A stretch of 64,000 nt of DNA from Opitutales bacterium (lineage in GTDB: Bacteria > Verrucomicrobiota > Verrucomicrobiia > Opitutales > PNEW01): the NCBI GenBank assembly GCA_965197745.1, contig CBDANS010000007.1:416001-480000 (forward strand), in the 5' to 3' direction. The position numbers and the translations under genes were made by a program. The notes below the pieces were generated by a model that saw only the letters and a program-made list of their open reading frames with translations, had not been told where the DNA came from and did no database searches. Shown one piece after another: positions 40,634-51,773 of this stretch. The first letter of the stretch is position 1. Each line of letters begins with the position of its first letter.

Positions 40634-42298
40634 ATGAATTTACGATTTAAGCTGAGAGGATTAATTGGTGCGATCGGATTTACTCCTCTATGCGTGGTTG
40701 CGAATGAACCCGAAATAACAGGGCAGGTATTGCTGAGTGAGGGTTTACATTGGTTGGATTGGTCGGTAATTGCATTATACGCTTTGGTTCTTATCGGCCT
40801 GGGGTGGTGGTTTTCGCGCAAGCAAAAAGATACCGGAGATTATTTTCTTGGTGGGGGGAAAATGAACCCCTTTATCGTGGGCATCTCTCTTTTTGTCACA
40901 TTGCTCAGTACCATTTCCTATATCGCCATACCCGGTGAAATAATAAAACACGGTCCAGTTGTTGCCTATGGTGTTTTGGCTATCCCCTTAGCTTATTTAT
41001 TCGTCAGTTATTTTCTGATTCCAATATTAATGCGACAGCGGGTCACGAGTGCCTATCAAATATTAGAATTGTATCTTGGATCAAAGATTCGCCTCCTCGG
41101 CGCCTGTTGGTTTATCTTTATGCGATTAATATGGATGACGGTGCTGGTATTTGTCGCCGCCAATGCCATTAGCGTTATTTTAGGTTATGGACCAGAGATG
41201 GTTCCGGTCGTTGTTCTATTTACCGGATTAGTAGCGGTAATCTATACTTCGTTGGGGGGTATTAAGGCGGTGGTGATTACGGATTTTATACAATTCTGCA
41301 TATTAATCTCCGGTTCTCTCTTAACCATTGTCATCGTCAGTATTCATTTAAGCGGCTTTCATTGGGTCCCTACTACCTGGTCGCCCCATTGGGACACGCA
41401 GCCCTTCTTCAGTATTAACCCTACGGTCCGAGCAACGGTAATGGGGGCCATCATTCTGGATTTCCTTTTCATTGTCTGCAGCTCAGGATCGGATCAGACT
41501 CAGGTCCAGCGTTATATGTCTACGCGTAATGCACCTGCCGCGCAGCGAGCTTTTTTAATAAAATCCGTGGCCGGTGTATTAACCTTTCTCGTTGTCGCGA
41601 TGACAGGTTTTGCGATCATGGGATTTTATAATCATAGCCCGGAAAGTCTTCCCCAAGGTGAGAGTCTGCGGTCATTTGCGGATCAATTATTTCCTTATTT
41701 CATCGCCAATCAATTACCGATCGGGCTGGCCGGTTTAGTTGTATCGGCCCTCTTTGCCGCAGCGATGTCGAGTCTCGATTCAGGTGTTAATTCCATCACT
41801 GCGGTGGTGATGACAGATTTCCTCGACCGTTATGGAAAAACACACCGCGATGAACGAGAACATAAACGTATTGCCATGATTCTGGCCTTTGTCATTGGCA
41901 TAATAATCGTATTAGCGAGTTCACAGATGGGAATCATCCCGGGTAATTTCAAAGAGTTGACGCACAAGACAACAGGTTTACTCGTACCCGGCCTTTTTGG
42001 GATTTTTTTCATGGCCCTGTTTATCCGTTTCGCCACTCCCTTTGGGGTGGCCATCGGTTCACTCTATGGTGTTGTAGGCGCATTCGTCATAGCTTACTGG
42101 GATGTCCTCACCGGGTTCCCCCGAGTGAGTTATCAGTTGTATATGCTTTTTGAACTGATAATTCAACTAACCCTTGCAAGCGTTTTCAGTTTGATTCCTT
42201 TGAAAGGAAAATCAACTGCCGTTGTTCTGACGTGGGCATCAATCTGTCTATTCCCCCTAATCGCAGGTCTATCCATGATCATCCTTTTGCGACCTTAG
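40634..42298 (+). CDS. Sodium:solute symporter (SSS) family transporter
   Basis: DYFLGG, GGIKAVVITDFIQ, DQTQVQRY, AAAMSSLDSGVNS. Confidence 0.95.
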   Translation: MNLRFKLRGLIGAIGFTPLCVVANEPEITGQVLLSEGLHWLDWSVIALYALVLIGLGWWFSRKQKDTGDYFLGGGKMNPFIVGISLFVTLLSTISYIAIPGEIIKHGPVVAYGVLAIPLAYLFVSYFLIPILMRQRVTSAYQILELYLGSKIRLLGACWFIFMRLIWMTVLVFVAANAISVILGYGPEMVPVVVLFTGLVAVIYTSLGGIKAVVITDFIQFCILISGSLLTIVIVSIHLSGFHWVPTTWSPHWDTQPFFSINPTVRATVMGAIILDFLFIVCSSGSDQTQVQRYMSTRNAPAAQRAFLIKSVAGVLTFLVVAMTGFAIMGFYNHSPESLPQGESLRSFADQLFPYFIANQLPIGLAGLVVSALFAAAMSSLDSGVNSITAVVMTDFLDRYGKTHRDEREHKRIAMILAFVIGIIIVLASSQMGIIPGNFKELTHKTTGLLVPGLFGIFFMALFIRFATPFGVAIGSLYGVVGAFVIAYWDVLTGFPRVSYQLYMLFELIIQLTLASVFSLIPLKGKSTAVVLTWASICLFPLIAGLSMIILLRP

Positions 42299-42572
42299 AA
42301 GTATCATAGAAACAGCGTATATGAGAGGATTCATTAGATAATAGTGAATCTTAATTTCCCTCAATCGATTTGCTGATGTAAGTCGTAGATTTATTTTTTA
42401 TCATCCCTGTATTTCTGTTCTCTACTCGATCTGTGATATATATTTACACTTTTTTAACGTAATATAGTGCTATAAAATGTTGCACCCATTATGGGGAAAG
42501 CTAAATATTAGCTGAAGGAAAAGACGCGATAAACAATAGCTATAGAATGAAAAAAAATAATAGCGTGAACCC

Positions 42573-45500
42573 ATGAATTCGACAAATAATTCGCTTCTGG
42601 AAGATAAGGCCACAGTAAAGACACAGGCAAAACTGTCGGGCGATTCTTATCAATTAACGCAAGCGCGTTTAAAACATTTAATGATAGTAAGTCCGGTTGT
42701 TATATACAGTTGCAATCCGGAAGGAAACTTCGACCTTAAATTCGTCAGTGATAACATTGAAAATCAACTGGATATAAATCACGTGAACTTACTGATGACA
42801 CGAATTTCTGGGTCGACCGCATTCACCCCGAAGATAAAGCAGAGGTTTTCAAGAAATTAACAAAAATTTCTGAACACGGGAACCTCACTCAAGATTACCG
42901 GATTCTGCACAAGGACGGCACCTACAGGTGGATACAGGACGTAATGAGTTTAATTTCTGATGATGAGGGCAGACCCATTGAAATAATTGGATCCTGGATT
43001 GATATCACCCAACAAAAGGAAGCGGAGGAAAGGCTGAGGCAATTAAATAATGAATTGACGGATAAGGTCAGTATAAGGACGTCTGAGCTAAAAAAATTAA
43101 ATCACGCTTTAAAACAGGAAATAAAGAGACGGGAAAAAACGGAAAAGGACTTGAAGTCTTCAGAAAACATATATCAGGACCTTATTGATAATGCAGATGT
43201 TTTCATGACGGCGCTCAGCAAGGAAGGCGTGTACTTTGCAACCAGTGAAACCAACGCGAATCGATTAATAGAAGGAGCTAAACCTGAAGATATCATCGGT
43301 AAATGTCTTTACGACTTTCATCCAAGAGAACGAGCCGACAAATACATGGAGGAGATACGCGAAATTTGCTGAACCGGTAAAAGAAGCATAAGCGAGCGGC
43401 TTGTTCCACGCCAAGGGGGTGAACGCTGGCATCGGATTAATTTTTCTCCGATCAGAAACGCGAATGATGAAATCATAGGGATCCATGTCCTCAGTTATGA
43501 TATTCATGATTATAAACTGGCGCAGGAGAAACTAGAACAGGAACACAACTTATTCGCACCATAATAGATTCTTTGCCGACCAAAATCTATATAAGGGATA
43601 TTGAAGGCAGGTTTCTTACTATTAACAAAGAGTATGCTCGGGATATCGGTTTAAAGAATCCAGAAGCATCGGTAGGTAAGACACTCATTGAACTTATCTC
43701 CCCTAAATTAAAAGCGTCGATTGAAATATCAATGGCTGAAGACAGAGAAGTCATGAAGACCGGAAAATCGATAATCGGCAAAGAAATATTTAACGAGGGT
43801 GAAGATGGGAATACACATTATATGTCAACAAAGGTGCCCTGGAAGGATAATCAGGGAAAGGTCTTGGGATTAGTAGGATTGGGATTTGACGTTACGAAAC
43901 TGAAGGAAGCAGAAGCGGAACTTAAAAAAGAGTACAAGCTGCGTCGCGCTTTGATCGACAATATACCTGATTTTATTTATGTAAAAGACAGGGAGAGCCG
44001 GTTTATTAACTGTAACCAGGCATTATCAGATGCTTTAGGCTTAGCCTCGCAGGATGAAATAATTGGAAAAACGGATTTTGATTTTTTTCCAGAAGAAATG
44101 GCAAAAAATTTTCATGCCGATGAAAAGAAGATATTCCAGACATTTCAACCGATTATTGGGAAGAAAGAGCATATAAAAGACGTGCATGGAGATGAGAGAT
44201 GGTTTTCGACGACTAAAGTGCCATTGAGAAATGTGGATGGTGAAGTTGAATGGCTGGTGGGAATAAACCGTGATATAACCGAAATAGAAGATGCGGAAGA
44301 GTCACTTACGCAGGAGCGAAACATGCTTCGCACCATGATCGATCAATTGCCGAGTTTTATTTTTGTCAGGGATACAGAAGGGAAATTCATTATCCTAAAC
44401 CAGGCCTATGCAGATTTTCTTCGTTTGGATAATCCTCATGATGCTATCGGTAAAACAATCCTGGATTTAGCCTCAATTCACCTAGTAGAGGATGCTAAAA
44501 AATCGTTGGCCGAGGATAAAGAATTAATTAATACCGGCCATTCAATGATCAATAAAGAGCGTGCTTACAATGATCACGAGGGAAATTCCATATATGAGAT
44601 AACCTCAAAAGTTCCGATTAAAGATAATCAGGGAAAACCTCTTTGGGTGGTGGGAATCTCTCTGGATGTGACCGAGAAAAAACACATAGAGCAGAAAAAT
44701 CGCGAACAGGCTGCCTTATTGGATAAAGCTCATAACGCGATCATTGTTCGCGACCTTGAGAACAGGATAGTCTACTGGAACGCTGCCGCGGAAAACCTTT
44801 ATGGTTATACTGCGGAGCAAGCTGTGGGTCAGAATTCAGAATATATTTTCTACAATAATGATGCGCCGAAAATACCTGAGATGGATCAAGCAATTAAGGA
44901 AAGGGGAGAGTGGCATGGCGAAATAAAGCAATTAAGGAAAGACAATACCCCCATAACCGTGATTTGCAGTAAAACACTGGTAAGGGATGAGGAGGGGAAT
45001 CCCACATCTATATTGATGATAAATTCCGATGTAACAGAACAAAAGAAAATGGAGTTGCAAATATTGCGATCCCAAAGAATGGAGGGTATCGGGACCCTGG
45101 CCGGTGGAATAGCTCACGACTTGAATAATCTTTTAGCTCCCATCTCACTTTCCTCGGAAATGCTATTAAGCAGTAATTCAGATAGTAAAACGAAAAAGAA
45201 ATTGAGTATAATTCTAAGCAGCGCAGAGCGTGCGGCATCAGTCGTTCAGCAGTTAATTACTTTTGCCAAAGGAATTGATGGGAAACGCGCGGTAATACAC
45301 CCAAAGCACAATATAATGGAAATGGTGCAAATTGCCAAAGAAACTTTTCCAAAAAATATAAATATTTCCACAGTTATAGCGGATGATCTATGGACGATTA
45401 AAGGGAACACGACCCAGTTGCACCAGATTTTGCTTAATCTTTGCCTCAACTCAAGAGATGCCATGCCCGGTGGTGGCAATCTCTACGTGATGGCGGAAAA

Positions 45501-46199
45501 TATACAATTGGACAAAAAATATGTAGCCCTGCATCCCGAAGCAAAAGCAGGACCCTATGTCGTTATTGAAATTGCAGATACAGGAATGGGTATGTCCAAT
45601 GAAACCTTAAAAAATATTTTCGATCCGTTTTATACAACCAAAATGGAAAGTCAGGGAACCGGATTAGGTCTGTCAACTACTCATGGTATTGTAAAGAGCC
45701 ATGGTGGGTTTATTAACGTAGAGAGTGAAGAGGGAAAGGGGAGTCATTTTCGCGTATATATTCCCGCTGAAATTTCCGATAAGATGGATATATCTGTAAA
45801 AGAGAAAACATTTTTACCCAAAGCAAAGGGCGAATTAATTCTCGTCGTAGATGATGAAGCTCACATATGTGAAATGGTAGTCGAAGTATTGGAAAATCAG
45901 GGATATAGCGTCTTGACGGCGGAGGATGGAACAGATGCCCTGGCAAAATACGCCAAGCAGGAAAATGAAGTTCAGGTGGTGTTAACGGATATTGCCATGC
46001 CTTACTTGGATGGCGTGTCCCTGGTTCAAACCTTGTGGAAGTTGAATCCCGACTTAAAAATTATAGTTTCTACCGGTGAAGGTGAGAAAGCTAAAATCCA
46101 GAAATTAAAAATCTTGGAGTAACAAATTTCCTTGAAAAACCCTATAGTGTTGAAGCCTTGAATAGTTCCATCAACAATATACTGTCTTCTGAGTCTTGA
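42573..46199 (+). pseudogene. Six-PAS hybrid histidine kinase/receiver with three frameshifts and one in-frame TGA
   Basis: Missing G ~42771 (restores QLGYKSRE..FWVDRIHPED); TGA 43370-43372 (EIC*TGKR); missing base ~43553 (restores L.RTIIDSLP); missing A in 46107-46111 (restores LGVTNFLEKPY...TGA 46197-46199); H-box LAGGIAHDLNN. Confidence 0.88.
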
Positions 46200-46296
46200 C
46201 GCTCTTTCATCAAAGACGGTTTATCATTAGGTGATTGATAGGGAGAGGAATTGATTTCTCCTCTTAATTGGATCCGAGTCCAGTAGATGCTATTAC

Positions 46297-46971
46297 TTGA
46301 GATGGCAGAATATATTATTTGACGAGCATAAGGGAGCTGTTAATCCAGAAATAGATTTCGATCAGATAAAGCAGTATCCGGTCATTGAAGACTTGGCAGT
46401 CAGAAAAAATATTAAAAGAGATTATCAGATTAAAATGACTGAACCTGGCTGTGAAATCAGCTGGGGAAATATTGTATTACGAACGACAGCGATCAATTCA
46501 GCTGACATCACAGCAGACGCGATCGTAATTGAAGAGGATACTTTTCTTATTTTAAGCACGAAGAAAGCCGTTGAGTTAAGCGATAAGAGCAGAATGCAGT
46601 TAGTACGGGATACGGTGCAAACGGTAACGGATTCTCCGGTGCCGGGGTTAGCCTTAGCACGGGGAAAAGCTCCCTACCGGTTTCTCGCGATCGTCCACGA
46701 TTTTAACGAAACGCCGTCCTGGAAAAAAGAATGGGTAAGAGGAGCTCTCGTAGATATCTTTGAAAAAGCGGAGTACTATTCAATCAATTCAATTCGAATA
46801 CCCCTGTTGGCTACCGAACATGGTTCTCTTGAACCTGCGGAATTCGTAAAAATTATATTCGAAGTTTTAGATGATATTTCTTTTAATCGCCTCAAAATCA
46901 TTTTATTGATGGTACCGGAATACGCGATTAAGGAAGTTGTTGATGCTATTTGTGAAATAATGAAATCTTAA
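46297..46971 (+). CDS. Divergent macrodomain-like protein (start possibly ATG 46435)
   Basis: DITADAIV, SIRIPLLATEHG and an alpha/beta pattern resembling macro domains. Confidence 0.5.
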   Translation: MRWQNILFDEHKGAVNPEIDFDQIKQYPVIEDLAVRKNIKRDYQIKMTEPGCEISWGNIVLRTTAINSADITADAIVIEEDTFLILSTKKAVELSDKSRMQLVRDTVQTVTDSPVPGLALARGKAPYRFLAIVHDFNETPSWKKEWVRGALVDIFEKAEYYSINSIRIPLLATEHGSLEPAEFVKIIFEVLDDISFNRLKIILLMVPEYAIKEVVDAICEIMKS

Positions 46972-46978
46972 TCAGGGG

Positions 46979-46999
46979 ATTCACAATTCATAAATCATT
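46979..46999. repeat. Degenerate heptamer tandem ATTCACA-ATTCATA-AATCATT
   Basis: Read directly in the 26-nt intergenic gap. Confidence 0.4.
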
Positions 47000-47744
47000 G
47001 CAGCCGAGTGAGGATTCAGAGTCCTTAAAATCAGGCGCAGCGATCGGTGCCGATAAAGAGATTACGAGCAGGTATTGGCACCGGGTTTTAAATATAGTCA
47101 AAATAAAGCTCGTCCGATTAGCTCACAGCTTCGGGATATTTTTTCCACCAGAAGGATTTATCAATTATTTCGAATGCTACAAGTTGTATGAGTTGGGGAA
47201 GAAGATCCCTGGCCCCTTTTTGGAAATTGGCCCCTGGGTGGGGCGATCCACTGCGTGTATTGCACAGGGTATTAAAAAGAGTGGGCAGAAAAAAGAATTT
47301 CATACCATTGATATTGGATTTAGAACGGAAAGAGAATGGGAAGATTTTTTCGGTTCGTCGCTTGATCAAAAAATACCAAAAGTCCGGAAAAGATACCTCA
47401 GACATATATTGAGAGAAGGGGGGTCGATTCAATCGCTAAAGGAGAACCTGATCAACCGTCGACTGGATAAATATGTCGTCGTTCACGAGGGCAATTTCAG
47501 GGATGTATCATTTGAAAAGAAATTTAATCTGATATTCTGTGACGCCACTCACGATCTGGAGGAAATAGAGACGAATATCCCTTTCATAAAAAAAATATTA
47601 AACAATCCGGGGGTATTGGTGTGCGACGATATTAAAACAGGGGAGATGGAATCAAGGTTAAGAAAATATTTTCATTTTAATAAAGTTATAAACAAAAAAG
47701 GTTTTTTCATCGGATATCTTGATGAGAAATTGACGGTCTCGTGA
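46998..47744 (+). CDS. Class I SAM-dependent methyltransferase (Methyltransf_24-like)
   Basis: LEIGPWVGRST, IFCDATH, GVLVCDD. Confidence 0.85.
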   Translation: MQPSEDSESLKSGAAIGADKEITSRYWHRVLNIVKIKLVRLAHSFGIFFPPEGFINYFECYKLYELGKKIPGPFLEIGPWVGRSTACIAQGIKKSGQKKEFHTIDIGFRTEREWEDFFGSSLDQKIPKVRKRYLRHILREGGSIQSLKENLINRRLDKYVVVHEGNFRDVSFEKKFNLIFCDATHDLEEIETNIPFIKKILNNPGVLVCDDIKTGEMESRLRKYFHFNKVINKKGFFIGYLDEKLTVS

Positions 47745-47839
47745 TCACCCGAGTACAAATTCAGAGATCAGAATATGCTCAAGCAGGTGATTAAATGGGG
47801 TGGAAATTCCTCCTGACACCCACCCGCGGGCGAAAATTA

Positions 47840-48538
47840 CTAATTTTCTTTCGAGTACTTTTCGAGCGCTGCTTTAAGGGGCTTTGCCGATTCAGGGGCT
47901 TCCACTTTATTTCCGAAAAGAATATCACGCATCATCAGGGATCCATCATTATAGTATTGGGCGTTGGATTTGTTGTTTGGTAAAATGAATCCCCCTTTAA
48001 AAGAGGCGCCGGCGTAGAGTCCAGACGCATTACTGTAAACAAAAATCGGAGAACCCGCACCGACTTTTGCCTCAACGCCTGTATCCGCGGGACCTGCGGT
48101 CGCCGCAGCATCAACACCGATTCGGAATTTTGGGGAAGTAAGGACTTTCATCCCTTCCTTATTCATAAGAAGGAAGACATGGACAACACCTTGTGCGCCA
48201 ATTTGTAGTCCCCAGCTTCCTTCGCCAGCTTTCATGAAGGAAGGAGCACCCCATTCGCCGGTCTCATCATCTCTGACCATGGCGATGCCACCGCCAGCTT
48301 TTACACCAATTCCCACCCCGACTTTGAACTGACGCAGGATTATAATGCCATCAGCTTTCTCTAAAATAGTGGCCGGTATTCTCGATTGCTTATCACTCAT
48401 AATAGAATCGAGATCCAAAGCCATGCGCATCATCCGTTGGTCGAGCTTAGACTTCTTGTCAGCCGATAAAGGTACGGTTAAAAAGAGAATCAAAATTAAA
48501 GCGAGAATTGGTAACTTTGCGGCATTAAATGTTTTCAT
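47840..48538 (-). CDS. Ysc84/SYLF lipid-binding domain protein, exported
   Basis: Signal peptide; WGAPSF, GSWGLQIG, DAAATAGP, YSNASGLYAGAS, NAQYY. Confidence 0.9.
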   Translation of the reverse strand: MKTFNAAKLPILALILILFLTVPLSADKKSKLDQRMMRMALDLDSIMSDKQSRIPATILEKADGIIILRQFKVGVGIGVKAGGGIAMVRDDETGEWGAPSFMKAGEGSWGLQIGAQGVVHVFLLMNKEGMKVLTSPKFRIGVDAAATAGPADTGVEAKVGAGSPIFVYSNASGLYAGASFKGGFILPNNKSNAQYYNDGSLMMRDILFGNKVEAPESAKPLKAALEKYSKEN

Positions 48539-48611
48539 AATTATATTTAGGGATGATCATCGAAATGCCGCAAGAATATAAATTAATAAAAGGTGATTAG
48601 CATCTTATTCA

Positions 48612-50555
48612 TTATTCAACCGTTGTATTAATGATGATAATAAAAATATCATCTCCAACTTCATTAATGAAATCAGCGTTAATATTCTGAGTCGGTTGCG
48701 GTGTGCCATCTGATTTAAAATTATTTTGGGCGATAAGGGTAGAAAAACCGGCATTTTCAGATCCCTCAGACGCAACGATTATCGATTTTCCATTGCTTTG
48801 CAAAAGGTCCCCTCCAGTGATGCGCATTCCCGGATTATCAGTCTGAATGGTAAAGGAACCTTCACTGAAAAGAAGAAAAGGTTCTGCCTCATTTGAGGCG
48901 TCGATATCCCCTACTAATAATTGTGTTGCGATAGGCACTCCGGAGGCATCGATACCTACTTTACCACTTGAACCGGAGTAGAGGGTATTGGCGGATTGGA
49001 TGCCTCCGATCCCCGTAGAATTTATCACTTCTAAAAGAGTAACATCAGCAACGCCATCATAAACGGTTTCAGGTGGAAATAATGCCTGGTTTACGGCATT
49101 AATAACACCCACCGTAAAGATACTGAAAAAAGAGCTGTTATCAGCATCTTCAATTACAAAACTGGGACGCCCTTTCACATAAGTTATATCCTGGTTGTAA
49201 TTAAGGGGTAAGGCTGGTCCACTAAAAGTATTCGGATTTAAATTAATGGTAGCCGTACCCGCTCCTGAAAATTCTACCTGCACGATATCATCGTTTTCAT
49301 CGATAAATGAAACTCTGGAGATTTGATCTGGATCTGCTCGAAAGGTGATGCTTTGCCCCGTGAGAAGTATTTGGTCAAAAATATTTCCATTGGGATGTTC
49401 AATATTCGTTCCCGCGATGGTGCCTGATCCCTCGATGATAATATCGTCGGCTAAAAAAGTCGCGGTTATCGGGGTGAAACCGAAATCGTCGAAAACGATA
49501 TCATCGATGGAACCTTCTGTGGATTGCGCCGGACTATTGGTAAAAGTTATTTTACCAATCCCCTCTGGGGCCCCTAAAGCTTCAGCATTAAAATCAAAAA
49601 AATCAAAAGGCGTTTCAGTATCAATTCTCATCGTTTGAGGGATATCGCTGGTCGCGGTAAGCAGATTATCATTGATGTCGAATATCCTGATCTCTCCATC
49701 TCCCTCGAGAAAAACAGCAGAATAAAATTGGACTTGAGAGGCGGGAATATTGAAGGTGATAGTTGCTGTCCTGTTATTTTCAACTATCCAGGATCCACCG
49801 ACGAAGGCTTGATCGGGCCCGATGGGAGAAGTGTGATTAAATGCCTGAATGCCAGTCGTAGTAGCGATGCCACCGGTGAAGTTGGCCGTATTAGGCGGAG
49901 AGCCAATGGTAAAATTCCTGATATCGGCAAAAACCGGGTTGCCAATTCTTAACTCAAAATCTTCGAAAACTGTATTGTTGGGCGGACCCTCGACATAAGA
50001 GTATCCCAGATCATCAATGACGAAAATGCCGGGGGCATTAATGACCTTGATCTCCTTTATACCATTGGTAAAATTCAGGTCGGTAACATCGAGAAAATCG
50101 CCACTGAAAGCGACAAAACTCTGGAAAGGAAAATTACTGGTGGGACTGATATCGTTGGGAAAGCCCTCGACAATACCCTGGGGACTCAAGGTCAAAAAAT
50201 TTTTGTCTCTAAGTTCGATGCGTCCGGTGCCGAATGAATTAGCGGCGTAGAACTGAAGCAGATTGACTCCCCTTTCAAAGAGTATTTTCCCCTCCGACAC
50301 CCCGGGGGTGAGGACTAAAGCACGTGATCCAGAGTGAACAAAATTCGGTTTATCAACGGTTTGGATAGTGAATCCTATGAAGCGGACGGTATTCGGCGTT
50401 ACTCCGATCGTGAAATCATCCCCATCTCCCGTGATTGATTCGAAATCGTAAAATACGTCAAGGTCATCCGGAGCTGCAATGAGTAGAGAAGATAATGCAA
50501 AGAGTAAGATCGGGGCTGTTAATAAATATATAATGCGCATGGCTTTAGTAACCAT
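48612..50555 (-). CDS. Secreted protein with two tandem beta-rich repeats and an Opitutae-type C-terminal domain
   Basis: Signal peptide; repeat motifs DFE/FTIG..PNT..F/QFY/DD.G twice; C-terminal HPNGNIFDQILLTG...RVSFIDENDDIVQVEFSGAG. Confidence 0.75.
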   Translation of the reverse strand: MVTKAMRIIYLLTAPILLFALSSLLIAAPDDLDVFYDFESITGDGDDFTIGVTPNTVRFIGFTIQTVDKPNFVHSGSRALVLTPGVSEGKILFERGVNLLQFYAANSFGTGRIELRDKNFLTLSPQGIVEGFPNDISPTSNFPFQSFVAFSGDFLDVTDLNFTNGIKEIKVINAPGIFVIDDLGYSYVEGPPNNTVFEDFELRIGNPVFADIRNFTIGSPPNTANFTGGIATTTGIQAFNHTSPIGPDQAFVGGSWIVENNRTATITFNIPASQVQFYSAVFLEGDGEIRIFDINDNLLTATSDIPQTMRIDTETPFDFFDFNAEALGAPEGIGKITFTNSPAQSTEGSIDDIVFDDFGFTPITATFLADDIIIEGSGTIAGTNIEHPNGNIFDQILLTGQSITFRADPDQISRVSFIDENDDIVQVEFSGAGTATINLNPNTFSGPALPLNYNQDITYVKGRPSFVIEDADNSSFFSIFTVGVINAVNQALFPPETVYDGVADVTLLEVINSTGIGGIQSANTLYSGSSGKVGIDASGVPIATQLLVGDIDASNEAEPFLLFSEGSFTIQTDNPGMRITGGDLLQSNGKSIIVASEGSENAGFSTLIAQNNFKSDGTPQPTQNINADFINEVGDDIFIIIINTTVE

Positions 50556-50807
50556 TGGATGATCCTGGGCTATTTTACCCTTCCGATTCAGGACAGGGTA
50601 TCAGTATATATTGTTCCTGATGTTGAAATTCTCAAGCTCACAGGGGTATTATAAAGAAATAGTTACTGTTATCTATAGATCTATGAACAAAGAGGTTAAG
50701 TTGCTTACTAAGACAGGACATAAAGATATCTGCCGTTCACTGAAGATGGTCATTTTGACCGAATTAGAATAGATTATGTCGAAAGTAGTCGATAACTTTA
50801 TATTGAT

Positions 50808-51697
50808 ATGATTCTCAGCATAGACTACAGCTACTGTGCAGAAAATAAGTTGAGAGAGAAGACATTGATCATAGCTGCACTACTATTAATCTTAACAGCT
50901 AACGCGTTTGCCCAGGAGACAATCGGGCCCGGGCATCCTGATGAAGCCGCATCTCTCAATAACCTTGCTGTTAAATATTATTTTCGCGGACAATATACAG
51001 AGGCTGAACTTCTGTATAAACGGGCTTTGAAAATCTTTGAATCCGCTTTGGGGGCGGAGCATGCCTATGTTGCCACAACTCTCAATAACATGGGACTTCT
51101 ATACAATTCTCAAGGCAGGTATCAGGAAGCTGAACCATTATTACGGCGGTCATTAACAATCAGGGAGAAAACCCTGGGTAAAGACCATCCCGATTGGGTG
51201 AATGCTTTGGATAATTTAGCAGAGAATTATAAATTACAGGGCAAATATGATGAAGCAGTGCCCTTATACAAACAGGTTTTAGCCATAGATGAAAAAACCT
51301 TTGGCTCACGCCATCGGCAAGTAGCGATTTCTTTAGATAAACTGGCAGAAATATACTGTTCACAGGGCAATAATGGTGAAGCTGAGGCCTCTATCTGAGA
51401 GTATTGGCGATAAGGGAAAAAACGCTGGACCCGAAGGACCCGGAACTGGAAGCTTACCTCAATAATTTGGTCCAACTCTACGATTCGCAGGGTAAATATA
51501 AAGAAGCCGAGCCATACATTCGAAAAGTCTACTTATTTAAGATAAATACGGTGGATAAAGATGATCCGAGCTTGTTAGCGACACTGGATAATATGGTCAT
51601 TTTTTATAAAAAAATGGGCAGGAAATTTGAAGCCCGGAAGTATCAATAAAAGGCTAGAGAAATACGCGCAAGAAATCCCGAGTATTCATCGCACTGA
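50808..51697 (+). pseudogene. Exported TPR protein (kinesin light chain-like 42-aa repeats), frameshifted, with a probable premature TAA
   Basis: Repeats HP..A.SLNNLA..Y..QG.Y.EAE.L; missing C at 51388-51389 restores EAEALYLRVLAIREKTL; TAA 51647-51649 followed in frame by KAREIRARNPEYSSH. Confidence 0.82.
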
Positions 51698-51773
51698 AAA
51701 GTGAAAAACCTGTTTAAATTATATATACAGTTCAAAATGTAGAGCATCTGAATCGTAAAAAGAAGCGTAGAAT

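Noticed and set aside
19152..51649. Stop-codon reassignment, pyrrolysine or selenocysteine explaining the in-frame stops
   Set aside because: The internal stops are three different codons (TAG, TGA, TAA), all three are used as normal terminators in the window, two co-occur with frameshifts in the same genes, and no pyl/sel genes are present here
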